From assembly GCF_021869535.1 (NCBI RefSeq), contig NW_026262697.1, positions 806,001 to 870,000 of the forward strand: DNA of 64,000 nt, written 5' to 3'. Shown piece by piece: positions 24,609 to 36,376 of the stretch (position 1 is its first letter; the number at the start of each line of letters is the position of its first letter). The notes beneath the pieces are model-generated. The model saw only the letters and a list, made by a program, of their open reading frames with translations. It was not told the DNA's origin and did not search any database. The position numbers and the translations under genes are program-made. The DNA comes from Mytilus californianus. Its lineage: Eukaryota.

Positions 24609-27600
24609 CAGACCTGGGGTCAATTACATGCCAAAGTAATTAATTACATTTCAATTACATTGATTTTTAAATGTAATTAATTACATCACAATTACATTGA
24701 TTTTCAAATGTAATTAATTACATTACAATTACAGTGCCAATGTAACTAGTTACATTTCAATTACTTTTGTCCAAAGACATGTAAGAGCTATATCATTTTG
24801 AATAAAATCATAAAAATGGCAACAGGCTAAAACAGAATGAAACTTTTAAATATACGTGGACTTCACAACAGTGAAAACATCAATTTGTAAAAGATTTGTT
24901 TTAAGTTTCAAATTTCTAATGTCATTGTTACATTTAATCACCATTAGAATTTAAATTATGATTATTTGATTGCATTTCTTAATTTTATGGGGAAAAAATC
25001 ATAAAGATATCTTAAAATTTCATGTTTCTACTAAAAATGTTAATTTAGATTTAAAGGTTTTCTCATGAACCTCATGTGAAATTTGAAGTTACTTTTAAGC
25101 TTCCATTTATTACAGAAGAGCAATGGTATCATTTTCAAGACTTGTCTTAAATTTGCAAGTCAAAATTGTCAAGTATTTTGGACTCCATTCGTATGTATTG
25201 ACTGCTGTATTCAAAATTTACAACCAAATGTGTCTCAACCAAATGTTATTAAACTTATACACAACCGTTTTAAAGTTATGCGTGTTTCCAAATACAATAA
25301 TTGCTGAATTTTTATACGACCGCAAAAAAAATTTTGTGGTCGTACATTGGTATGACGTTGGCGTCGTCGTCTTCGTTGTCGTCGTCGTCGTCCGAATACA
25401 CATTGGTTTTCGCACTCTAACTTTAGTTTAAGTGAATGGATCTCTATGAAATTTTACCACAAGGTTCAATACCACAAAAGGAAGGTTGGGATTGATTTTG
25501 GGGGTTATGGTACCAATAGTAAAGGAATTAGGGGCCAAAAAGGGGCCAAAAATAAGCATTTTTGTAACTTCCAGACATAACTTGTGTGTTAGTGTATGGA
25601 TCTCTCTGACATTGTACAACAAGGTTCCATATCACATAGGGAATGCTGGGATTGATTTTGGGGGTAATTGCCTCAAAATTTTAGGAATTAGGGGCCAAAA
25701 AAGGGGAAAAAAACAAGCATTTTTCTAGTTTCATGACAATAACTTGTGTGTAAGTGTATGGATCTTTCTGAAATTGTACTACAAGGTTCCATATCACAAA
25801 GGGAAAGCTGGGTTTGAGTTTGGGGGTAATTGCCCTAAACGTTTAGGAATTTGGGGTCAAAAGGGGGCCAAAAAACACATTTTTCTAGTTTCCAGACAAT
25901 AACTTGCGTTCAAGTGCATGGATCTCTCTGAAATTGTACTGCAAGGTACCATACCACAAAGGGAAGGCTAGGATTGAGTTTGGGGGTGATGAATCGTAAG
26001 GGGGTTCAAAAAATGGGGGGGGGGATTTTTTTTTTTCCTTTTTTTTCTTGTTTTCCTTTTTTTTTTCTTTTAAAATTTTCCATTTTAAGTTGGTTATTTC
26101 TGATTTATATTTAAAAGCAAATAATAATGATATGGTAGGAGATACACACCAAACAGGATGTGTAAATTATTATATAATAAGTATTGTGCAATAGCAAGAA
26201 ATTTTCAATTGCACAGTATTGCACAATAGCAAGAAATCTTCAATTGCACAGTATTGCACAATAGCAAGAAATCTTCAATTGCACAATAGCAAGAAATATC
26301 CAATAGCACAATATTGCGCAATAGCAAGAAATTGTCAATTGTACAGTATTGCGCAATAGCAAGAAATATTTAATTGCACAGTATTGTGCAAAAGAAGATA
26401 CTTTGTATAAATTGCTTATTTCTTGACCAATTTCAATGGGGTTTTATTCTTGAATTCTTGGGGTTCTTTAATATGCTGAATCTAACCGTGTATTTAGTTT
26501 TTGGATTTTGGGCCCCGTTTTTAAATTGGTCCACATTGAGGTGCAAAGGGTCCAAAATTAAACTTTTTTTGTTTGTTTGATTTCATCAAAAATTGAATTA
26601 TTGGGGTTCTTTGATATGCCGAATCTAACCGTGTATTTAGATTCTTAATTTTTGGTTCCGTTTTCAAATTGGTCTACATTAAGGTCCAAAGGGTCCAAAA
26701 ATAAACTTAGTTTGATTTTAACAAAAATTGAATATATGGGGTTCTTTGATATGCTGAATCTAAACATGTATTTAGATTTTTGATTATGGGCCCAGTTTTC
26801 AAGTTGGTCCAAATCGGGGTCCAAAATTAAACCTTGTTTGATTTCAACAAAAATTGAATATATGGGGTTCTTTGATATGCTGAATCTAACCATGTATTTA
26901 GATTTTTGATTTTTGGGCCCCGTTATCAACTTTGTCCACATTGAGGTCAAAAGGGTCCAAAATTAAACTTTGTTTGATTTCATCAAAAATTGAATTCTTG
27001 GGGTTCTTTGATATGCTGAATCTAACCATGTATTTAGATTTTGGATATTGGACCATAATAGGTGAATGTCCAATTTAAAATTTTTAAGTTCTTACACCAC
27101 ATTCATTCTGTGTCAGAAACCTATGCTGTGTCAAATGTTTAATCACAATCCAAATGCAAAGCTGTATCAAGCTTGAATGTTGTGTCCATACTTGCCCCAA
27201 CTGTTCAGGGTTCGACCTCTGCAGTCGTATCAAGCTGCGCCCTGCGGAGCATTTTATTAGTTTCTGTTCTCTACTAAAGTTAGCCTCAACCAAATGTTAT
27301 GAGACTTACACACAATGCTTATTACCACAAAACTCAGACCAAGTTCAAATTTGGGTAGCGTCACTTTTACCGTTCTTCAGTTATGTCCCTTTATAACTAT
27401 ATGATATGCAAGGGGGGGTCATCATCTGTGTCCACATGTGGACACTATCACATTTATTTTTTATTTTTAGATTATTTATGTAAACATGTGAACAAAATCA
27501 ATGAATTAAATACAAATAAAGATTATTATACATGGTATAATGATTCATGAAATATCAAGGAATGTTATATTTTTTTCATCATGATAAATGTTCTAAAAGT

Positions 27601-27884
27601 ATTTAAAAAAATCAGAAAAAAAAAGTACCAAGTGCATTTCAAATGTAGGAAAAATAAAATTACTAGTTGCATCAGAAAAGCCTAAAATGTTTAAAATTTC
27701 CCAGAAAATATTTAAATGTAATTCAAAGTAATTGAAAAGTAATTCATAATTACATGGCAAAAAGGCAATGTAATTCATTACATGTAATTGAAAATATGCT
27801 CAATTACACATTACATTCAATTACTTTCAAAATTGTAATTAATAACAGCTAATTACAATTACATTTTTAATTACCCCAGGTCTG
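24609..27884. mobile_element. hAT-like non-autonomous element with nested insertions
   Basis: 8-bp TSD atagataa at 24601-24608 and 27885-27892. TIR cagacctggggt / accccaggtctg with AATTAC-rich subtermini. Confidence 0.9.
25309..27258 (+). mobile_element. DINE-1/HINE-like element, copy B (nested in the hAT element)
   Basis: Near-identical to 17788-20121 but with fewer internal repeat units. Same termini. Confidence 0.85.
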
Positions 27885-28340
27885 ATAGATAACAATGACT
27901 AAATAGCTATGGAGTACAATGAAAGATTTAAGTAGACATAGTTAACAATGAAGAAATAGCTATGGAGTAAAATGTAAGATTTATGTAGATGTAATTGACA
28001 ATGCTGTCACTTATACTGTAATAGCTATGGAGTACAATGTAAGATTTAAGTAGACATAGATAACAATGAAGAAATAGCTATGGAGTGAAATGTAAGATTT
28101 ATGTAGATGTAATTGACAATGCTGTTACTTATACTGTAATAGCTATGGAGTACAATGTAAGATTTAAGTAAACATAAATAACAATGAAGAAATAGCTATG
28201 GAGTGAAATGTAAGATTTATGTAGATGTAATTGACAATGCTGTTACTTATACTGTAATAGCTATGGAGTACAATGTAAGATTTAAGTAGACATAGATATT
28301 TCAGGATTTCATTATTAAGATTTACTTCTTCTGATTACAG

Positions 28341-28454
28341 GTGCAGTCAGTTCCAACAGTTTTAGGAATTAGAAATGGGAAAGTTCTTGACCAGTTTATT
28401 GGACTACAGGATGATGATCAAATCAAAACATTTGTAGAGAAATTAGTTAACTAA
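28341..28454 (+). CDS. TXN2: TXN2 last coding exon
   Basis: attacag|VQSVPTVLGIRNGKVLDQFIGLQDDDQIKTFVEKLVN* (TAA 28452-28454). The three exons total 507 nt, 168 aa. An AATAAA lies near 28813. Confidence 0.96.
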   Translation: MQSVPTVLGIRNGKVLDQFIGLQDDDQIKTFVEKLVN

Positions 28455-28899
28455 TCCAATGTGATAACAGATAAACAGTAACAGAAGTGTAATATTGTCA
28501 CAGATATACATACAGAATTAATTGGATCACAGCCCTTGTTTTAAGCACTGTATGAAGTATATTGTCTTTATGCTTGAAATTTATTGAGTCTATTTCTTAA
28601 AAAAAGCACCAAAAACTATAGACCTTATATCTAATTTCCTTCCATTGCTGGACATTTCTAAAGTTCCTGTAAAATTGTGACTTCACAAGAGAAAACTTCT
28701 GACACTTCAAACGAAAAGAGGTTGTAGCATGTCATCAACAGTTCAAGTGTGGCAGATTCCCCAATAGCAATAAGGTCTAAATTAACCCACTAAAAACTAT
28801 TTTATATAAAACAATAAAATATTATATATACATACTATATGCGTAAGCTGATTTTTTACAGTAATAATGGTGATTTTAATTGATATGTGAAGTTAGTAA

Positions 28900-30310
28900 T
28901 ACACTTAAGTATTGTATTATGGTAGGTGAATTCTACAAAGTTAATGATTCTGGTGAAATTAAGGGAATCAGTCTGAAATTTATATTACAACTATGACATG
29001 GTCATTTCTACAAAGGTCAATGTTTCTTGTGATGTTAAGTGAATCAGTCTGATTTTATGGTACACCTAAGCCAAGGTCATTCTACAAATGTCTATATGTT
29101 GGTGATATTAAATGAATCAGTCTGAAATTTATAGTACACCTAAGCCAAGGTCATTTCAACAAAAGTGAATATTTCTTCTTATGCCAAGTGGGGCCTCTGT
29201 GGCCAAGTGGTCTAAGTAGTTACTACTGTAATCACTAGCCAGTCAACACTGAGGTTGTGAGTTCGAACCCCGCTCCTGCGGGTGCACTCGACTCCAATCT
29301 TAATTGACTAGGATTTTCAGTTTTCCTATCGAAGGTCGGTGGTTTTCTCTGGGCACTCCGGCTTCCTCCACCAATAAAAACTGGCCGCCACGAAATAGCC
29401 CAAAAGCAGTGCTAAAAAGTGGCGTTAAAACACCAAAAATCAAATCAAATCTTATGCCAAGTGAATCAGTTAGAAATTTATATTTCATCTAAGCCAAGGT
29501 TTTGTTGACATTTCTTGTTATGTAATTTATAGTACAACTAAGCCAAGGTCATTTCTACAAAGGTCAATGTTCTAGTGATGTTCATGATGTTCAGTGAATA
29601 AGTCAACAACTTATAGTACACCTAATCAGTTCATTTCTACAAAGGTCAATGTTCTAGTGATGTTCATGATGTTCAGTGAATAAGTCAACAACTTATAGTA
29701 CACCTAATCAGTTCATTTCTACAAAGGTCAATGTTCTAGTGATGTTCATGATGTTCAGTGAATAAGTCAACAACTTATAGTACACCTAATCAGTTCATTT
29801 CTACAAAGGTCAATGTTCTGGTGATGGTCAGTGAATAAGTCAACAACTTATAGTACACCTAATCAGTTCATTTCTACAAAGGTCAATGTTCTGGTGATGG
29901 TCAGTGAATAAGTCAACAACTTATAGTACACCTAATCAGTTCATTTCTACAAAGGTCAATGTTCTAGTGATGGTCAGTGAATAAGTCAACAACTTATAGT
30001 ACACCTAATCAGTTCATTTCTACAAAGGTCAATGTTCTGGTGATGGTCAGTGAATAAGTCAACAACTTATAGTACACCTAATCGGTTCATTTCTACAAAG
30101 GTCAATGTTCTGGTGATGGTCAGTGAATAAGTCAACAACTTATAGTACACCTAATCAGTTCATTTCTACAAAGGTCAATGTTCTGGTGATGGTCAGTGAA
30201 TAAGTCAACAACTTGTCAATGTTCTGGTGATGGTCAGTGAATAAGTCAACAACTTATAGTACACCTAATCGGTTCATTTCTACAAAGGTCAATGTTCTGG
30301 TGATGATGAG
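28900..30310. repeat. 73/82-bp minisatellite with decayed upstream copies
   Basis: Unit ttatagtacacctaatcagttcatttctacaaaggtcaatgttctggtgatggtcagtgaataagtcaacaac. Homogeneous at 29570-30300. Confidence 0.92.
29191..29451 (+). mobile_element. tRNA-derived SINE (Meta/MESC-type core), full length
   Basis: Box A tggccaagtgg, box B gttcgaaccc, core gtggttttctctgggcactccggcttcctccacc and an (AAATC)n tail. 12-bp TSD ttatgccaagtg at 29179-29190 and 29452-29463. Confidence 0.92.
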
Positions 30311-30321
30311 TGAATCATTCT

Positions 30322-30477
30322 GTAGGGGGGGGGGGGGGGGGGGGGCTAGTGGGCCCAGGCCCCCTTTTGTGTGGGAAAATTTTGGTTGATTATTTAGGGA
30401 ATCACTGGAGCGGTCCCCCTCTTGTGGCAGTCAGTGGGTCCCCATTATGATTATGAAAATTTCTGGATCCGCCACTG
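30322..30477. mobile_element. Truncated GGCGGATCCAG-type MITE with a poly-G run
   Basis: Ends in ctggatccgccactg. The other end is missing. Confidence 0.55.
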
Positions 30478-31329
30478 GAATCAATCTGAAATTTATTTTA
30501 AAACAAACCCAATATAAAAATAAGGATATGTGGTATGATTGCCAATTAGACAACTATCCACCAAAGTTCCAACAATGAGAAAAAATCTATACTGTAAAGT
30601 CGGCTTTAAAAGGCCCCAACATGAAAAATTTGAAGTAATTCAATTCAGAAAACTAAAGGCCTAATAATAGAAAAAAAAACAAATATTACAGACATGAACT
30701 AAAGACAACCAGGCCATTTCTACGAAGGTCAATCTCATTTTAATAAGGGACTTCCGTTTTGAATTTTACTTGGAGTTCGGTATTTTTGTTATTTTACTTT
30801 TTTGTAATGTTAAGTGAATCTGTCAACAATTTACAGTATGTATTTTGAATATTCAAAAGAAACATTGATAACACAGTAGTACAACTAAGCCAAGATCATC
30901 TCTATTACAATCAATCAATAGATGCTAGGGTTTTCCTATATTCAAAACAAATATTAATAACACAGTAGTACAACTAAGCCAAGATAATAATATATATAAA
31001 AAATGATATAATCAAAATCAATTTAATAATTATGACTTTTTACATTTATTTTTAATTGAAATACATTCTATGTCAAATGTATAATTCAATGAATCAGACC
31101 TATTTTTGTGATTAATTGTATGTTTATTTAAGTAATTATCAAGGTTGATGCTTGAATTATATAATAAATAATATTGTACAATATTGTTTAAGATTGAGTG
31201 TTGTCCAACATTTTACCCTCAGGAGTACTTCTTAGAATTACTGTGGAAGGTTTTTAGATAACTTCATGGAGGCTGAAATTACTACAGAGGTAGTTCGACA
31301 TGATTGTAAAAGATCCTTACATGGCATTA

Positions 31330-32150
31330 CTGTTAAGATGGTTATCATAATTGTTGAAAGTGTTAATATTACTCCAGAGGTGGTTGCCATAACTATTAAA
31401 AGTCTTAACATTACTGCGAAGAAGGTTGCTATAACCGTTGAAAGTGTTAACATTACTCCAAAGGTGGTTGCCATAACTGTTGAAAGTGTTAATATTACTC
31501 CAGAGGTGGTTGCCATAACTGTTGAAAGTGTTAATATTACTCCAGAGGTGGTTGCCATAACTGTTGAAAGTGTTAACATTACTCCAAAGGTGGTTGCCAT
31601 AACTGTTGAAAGTGTTAACATTACTCCAAAGGTGGTTGCCATAACTGTTGAAAGTGTTAACATTACTCTAAAGGTGGTTGCCATAACTGTTGAAAGTGTT
31701 AACATTACTCCAAAGGTGGTTGCCATAACTGTTGAAAGTGTTAACATTACTCTGAAAAAGGTTGCCCATACCGTTGAAAGTGTTAACATTACTCCAAAGG
31801 TGGTTGCCATAACCGTTGAAAGTTTGAACATTACTCTATCGGTGGTTGACTTTTCTGTTGAAAGTGTTAACATTAATGCAAAGTTGGTTGCCAATTCTGT
31901 TGACAATGTTAACAATACTCAATAGTTGATCGGCATTATTGTTGAAAGTGTTAATAGTGTTCCATAGGTGGATGGCATAAATTTTACTCCAAAGGTGGTT
32001 GCCATAACCGTTGAAAGTGTTAATAGTTCCATAGGTGGTTGCCATAACCGTTGACAGTGTTAACACTACTCTATCGGTGGTTGGCATAACTGTTGAAAGT
32101 GTTAACATTGCTCAATTTGTGGTTGATATTACTGTTGAAAGTGTAAAAAG
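31330..32150. repeat. 42-bp tandem repeat with open frames on both strands
   Basis: Unit gttgaaagtgttaacattactccaaaggtggttgccataact (VESVNITPKVVAIT on plus, VMATTFGVMLTLST on minus). Confidence 0.95.
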
Positions 32151-32194
32151 TACCCAATTAGTAGTAACTAATTGTAAATCCTAAATTTTAAAGG

Positions 32195-32932
32195 CTAGAC
32201 GACCTGGATACTTCATTTTTTGTTTACAGATGCCTTACATTACAAGGTTCCATCGGTCATATGTCTCATATTCATGATTAGACGAGTGCGTTAAAAACTA
32301 TATTCTTTTTAAACCTGAATTTCTCACTCGTTATGCACAATAGGGTAAGTAAATTTGGTATATGGAATCCTTGCAAGGTCTACCTTTTTGTGAGTCACAG
32401 TTCACCGTGACCTTATTTACTGAACCAGTGATCAAGGTTAGATTTCGATGTATATTTAAGTTTTTATAAGGAATAGGTCAACAACTATATTTGTCGTATG
32501 GAAGGACTGTAGTGTGTACATGTCTGTCTGTCAGGGTTCATAAGACCTTGACCTCATTTTCATGGTTTAGTGGTAAAAGTTAAGTTTTGGAGTTTTGTCT
32601 GTTTACTATTAGCGAGAGGCCAACTATATTTGGTGTATGGAATGATTGTATTGTACATGTCAGATTGACAGGGTTTATATGACCTTGGTCTCATTTTCGT
32701 GGTACATTGGTCAACGTTAAGTTTAAGTGGTTTTGTATGTTTCTTAGATACTTTTAGCAATAGGTCAAGTATAGTTGTTGCATGGACTGATTGAAACATG
32801 TGCAGGGTTCACGTACCTTGAACTAATTAAGGTTTATATAAGTTTTCTAGACCTGCTTTAAAAAAATCTCAAAATATTATTCAGATATAAAAAATTAAGT
32901 AGGCGAGACATTTCAGCGTGTGCAATCTGGTT
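32195..32932 (+). mobile_element. Old degenerate copy of the 880-2129 DINE-like family, opposite orientation
   Basis: Ends aggcgagacatttcagcgtgtgcaatctggttt, the reverse complement of 880-910. Internal gaccttgacctcattttcatgg motifs. Confidence 0.7.
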
Positions 32933-33711
32933 TTATTTTGAGGGGACATAAAAATTTTGTTTCTCTAAATATTAATTATGTACATCATGTATTGTCTTGA
33001 TATATAAATTTCCTTTACACAAGACCAAGAAACAGAAAAATTGCGAGAACAGCAGGCACAGAAGAGAATAATTAACTGTCAAAAACAATTACTTAATGCT
33101 AGAACAAATAATTTAAATGTGAATAATTTTATTTCATTGCCAATTCAATTTTGCATGTACACCTCCATCTTTCAAATCTACTTGTTTAATTTTATAGACT
33201 GGTTTCAGTAATAAAACATTGAAATTTCTAATGATTATTTTCTTTACCAAATGTACAAGTTTGTTTAGATTGAAATAAAATAATATGTTTTGCTTTATGG
33301 TATGATAATGTGGTAAGAAAATCTTACTGGAACCAACATCAACAACACAATCATTTCTAAATATGCTTAAAATACAACTATTGTCTTCCAGTTGAGCCTT
33401 GCAATATTCAAGGTAATCTACAGTGCCCTAATTATCTGGTTGATTGCGAGAAAGTGCCCTTTCAGACAACTAGCACCCTTCTGCCCTGAGATTCAAGCTG
33501 GAATACTGCAAGAGTCGTGTGTACCAAGAACAGGTGTTCAAAGGACAATTTTCACAAGAGCGGAAGCTCAAAGGACATTCGTACCAAGAGCTAGTGCTCA
33601 AAGGTCATTTGTACCAGCAACAGGAACTTGAGATACATTTATACGAAGAGTACGTGTTCATAAGACATGTGTACAAATTACAGTAGCTCAAGGGACAAGA
33701 ACATGGGCGCA

Positions 33712-34337
33712 AACAAGGTTAGAAAACGAGAGGCGAAGGATACCAAAGGGACATTCAAACTCATAAGTGAAAATAAATTGACAACGCCATGGCTAAAAAA
33801 GAAAATGACAAACAGATAAACAACATTAAACAAAAACACAAAATAGAGAAAACCAAAGACTCAGCAACACGAACCCCACCAAAAACTGGGATGATCACAG
33901 GTTCTCCGGAAGGGTAAGCAGACCCTGCTCCACATGTGGCACCCGTCGTGTTGCTCATGTTAGTACAAACCCGTTGACAGTCTAATTCGGTAGGTCACTT
34001 TCGGGGAAAAAGGGAAGGGATTGTAGTTACGACAATTGGAAGATATCCGTTGTTATCTGTGAAACGGATATTCCATAACGGTCAACCAACTCGTGATGGC
34101 GTCCGTAAAATTTACGAAGGGACAATTTCAACTTCACCACTTGGAACTCTTGGTTTAATAGCTTCTTTGTGAGCAGCAACCCTCTGTCAAGGAAATCATG
34201 ATAGGGAATACAAGCTCTGGAATACCGTATCAACTGGTAGACATACACTCCGTATGCAGGCGCTGCTTGAATGTTACTACATAAAAATGGAAAGTGCACA
34301 ATTGGGAAGCTGAAATCATCTCTTTTGTCGTAAAGTT
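33712..34337 (-). mobile_element. Penelope-like element 3' fragment
   Basis: Minus strand encodes KLYDKRDDFSFPIVHFPFLCSNIQAAPAYGVYVYQLIRYSRAC...LRKFYGRHHELVDRY, the typical post-RT region of invertebrate PLEs, followed by the family's terminal repeat. Confidence 0.8.
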
Positions 34338-35111
34338 TTTATTTAAATCAATGATATTTATCTACCTGTACTATATATGTGCTCTTGTACGCAGTGTGGT
34401 ATGTTTTTGCTTTATTACCCCTTTGTTTATGTAATTTTTTTTTTTTTAATTTTTTTTTTTTTATATGTAGATTAGATGGCCACGGGACGGATTAACTGTT
34501 TTGTTGACTGTGTAACCTTCTGAAAATTTATATTATATTATATTATAAAGTTTTGTTTTCAACCGACCATCTATGTCAATTTCTAGGTGTAAGTCCAAGG
34601 GTGAACACAGGGTAGGTATTTTAATCGGATTGTACTTGTAAACAGAAAGAATATATTTGTAGAATATAATTTCAAATGCACCTTTTCTGCAGTGCAATTA
34701 TCTTCATTTTGATTTAAAGTCAATTAACCATTCCTGAACGTAAATGATTACACACAATCACGTACATCTCTGAGAAATACCCACGATTATTTTCTAAAAC
34801 TTATCGCATAAGATAAGGGAGTTAGCGTTTAAATAAAAAGAATGTCAATTTAACTTGTAAAAATGAAACTATTTTGTTATATTTGTGAAAAAAGTATTCC
34901 CATCAAATTCACTTCCAGGAATGTTGATATGTGTTCGTACATCTTAGATTTTTTTGAAATATTGAGCTGCAAGGTAACACCAAGGTAACACCAATCTGAC
35001 AGCAACAACACGACACAAATTCATAACTAGTAAGTTTCTACCATACTTGATGGTCTCAAACGAAGGACATGCTACTTTCATGTATTTGCATCTCGAGTTC
35101 GTTAAGTTGGA

Positions 35112-36062
35112 CTACTGCTGTATAGAACTTCTAAAACATGTTTTCTGACAGGCTTTACGGAAATCTTGCTTGTACCATGCATATATAACTGGGTTAATGA
35201 CGCTGTTCAGCATTCCAAGGAATACGAGCCAGTGTGATGTTTCTTGAAGATTGAAATCTGTCGAATAACCATTGGCAAATGCAAACGAAAAAAACATGAA
35301 TGGTGTCCAGCATATTGTAAAAGCTATTGTTATAATCAACATGACCTTCGCCCCTCGTATATTTTTATGAAGTTTTTTGTCCTCAGTTTCCATTTCATAT
35401 AGTGGTCTTGTTCTTTTGTAGAATTTTCTTATCTTGAAGAAGATGAGAAAGTGTGCAACGAATGAAAGGCCATTCAATGAACAAACAATAGTAGAAGTTG
35501 TCCAGAAAAACTCGGGAGAGTAAACAAGACTAAAGCTACAGCTTGGTGCAGTATCCCATTCGTTCCATCCGAAAAATGGCGGGAGTGATAATGACATTGA
35601 AATAAGCCATGGTAAAGTAACAATAACACTGGATAATTTTTTCGTAAGGATTTGTTTATATAGATCTTGTTGACAGATAGCAATGTAACGATCAATTGAC
35701 AGGAGGAATACGGTGACATGTGATGCGATGGTCATACAACCTACTACCTGAAAACGTAATAGGCAGGAGACTACGTTCTGATTCAAATGACGGTAAAATA
35801 CGTAGAGAATCTGAACCCCTGAGGACATTCCTGTGAAGAAATCGGCTATTGCAAGATTCAATACAAAGACGTTTGAGTTGTCCTTGAGACTCATGTGTCT
35901 CAATACCACGTAGATAACAAAGAAGTTGCCGGTACATGCAATAACGAACACAATTTGCTGTAGAGTGAGGAAAACTGTTAGTAATGTAGGTAACGCCAGT
36001 GGTAAGCTGCTAGAATTGTTTACTAAAGACGCAGTGTCATCTGGTGTCAGGTTAAACGACAT
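35112..36062 (-). CDS. Class A (rhodopsin-like) GPCR, 316 aa, single coding exon
   Basis: Seven hydrophobic segments with GN (TM1), NLAIAD (TM2), IDRY (TM3), FTICWTPF (TM6) and NSVINPVIY (TM7). An acceptor tttttgtag| lies 24 nt upstream of the ATG. Confidence 0.93.
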   Translation of the reverse strand: MSFNLTPDDTASLVNNSSSLPLALPTLLTVFLTLQQIVFVIACTGNFFVIYVVLRHMSLKDNSNVFVLNLAIADFFTGMSSGVQILYVFYRHLNQNVVSCLLRFQVVGCMTIASHVTVFLLSIDRYIAICQQDLYKQILTKKLSSVIVTLPWLISMSLSLPPFFGWNEWDTAPSCSFSLVYSPEFFWTTSTIVCSLNGLSFVAHFLIFFKIRKFYKRTRPLYEMETEDKKLHKNIRGAKVMLIITIAFTICWTPFMFFSFAFANGYSTDFNLQETSHWLVFLGMLNSVINPVIYAWYKQDFRKACQKTCFRSSIQQ

Positions 36063-36376
36063 GTTGACAATCCAATCTTAATATACCTACAAAAAAGAAT
36101 GAAATGTATTATAAAAATAAGAAGATGTGGCATGATTGCCAAATGGACAACTATCCACCAAAGTTCAAATAAAGTAGATGTAATCAATTATAGGCAACCG
36201 TATTGGCCTTCAACAATGAGAAAATAGTCGGCTATAAAAGGCCCCGACATGAAAGATATGAAACATTTCAATCTAGAAAACTAACGACCTAACTTATAAC
36301 AAAACAATTTACGAAAAACAAATATGACAGACATGAACCAACGACAACCACTGAACTAAGGGCTTCTGACTGGGGA

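Larger units (their letters stand above)
24411..28300 (+). repeat. ~53-bp repeat family derived from the exon-2 end, interrupted by transposons
   Basis: atagctatggagtacaatgtaagatttaagtagacatagataacaatgaagaa units at 24411-24608 and 27885-28300. Confidence 0.85.

Noticed and set aside
29191-29275. tRNA gene
   Set aside because: It has A/B boxes, but the cloverleaf is not intact and it continues into a SINE core and tail with a TSD.
30325-30346. Poly-G run as a functional G-quadruplex
   Set aside because: It is part of a truncated MITE. Homopolymer length is unreliable and nothing indicates function.
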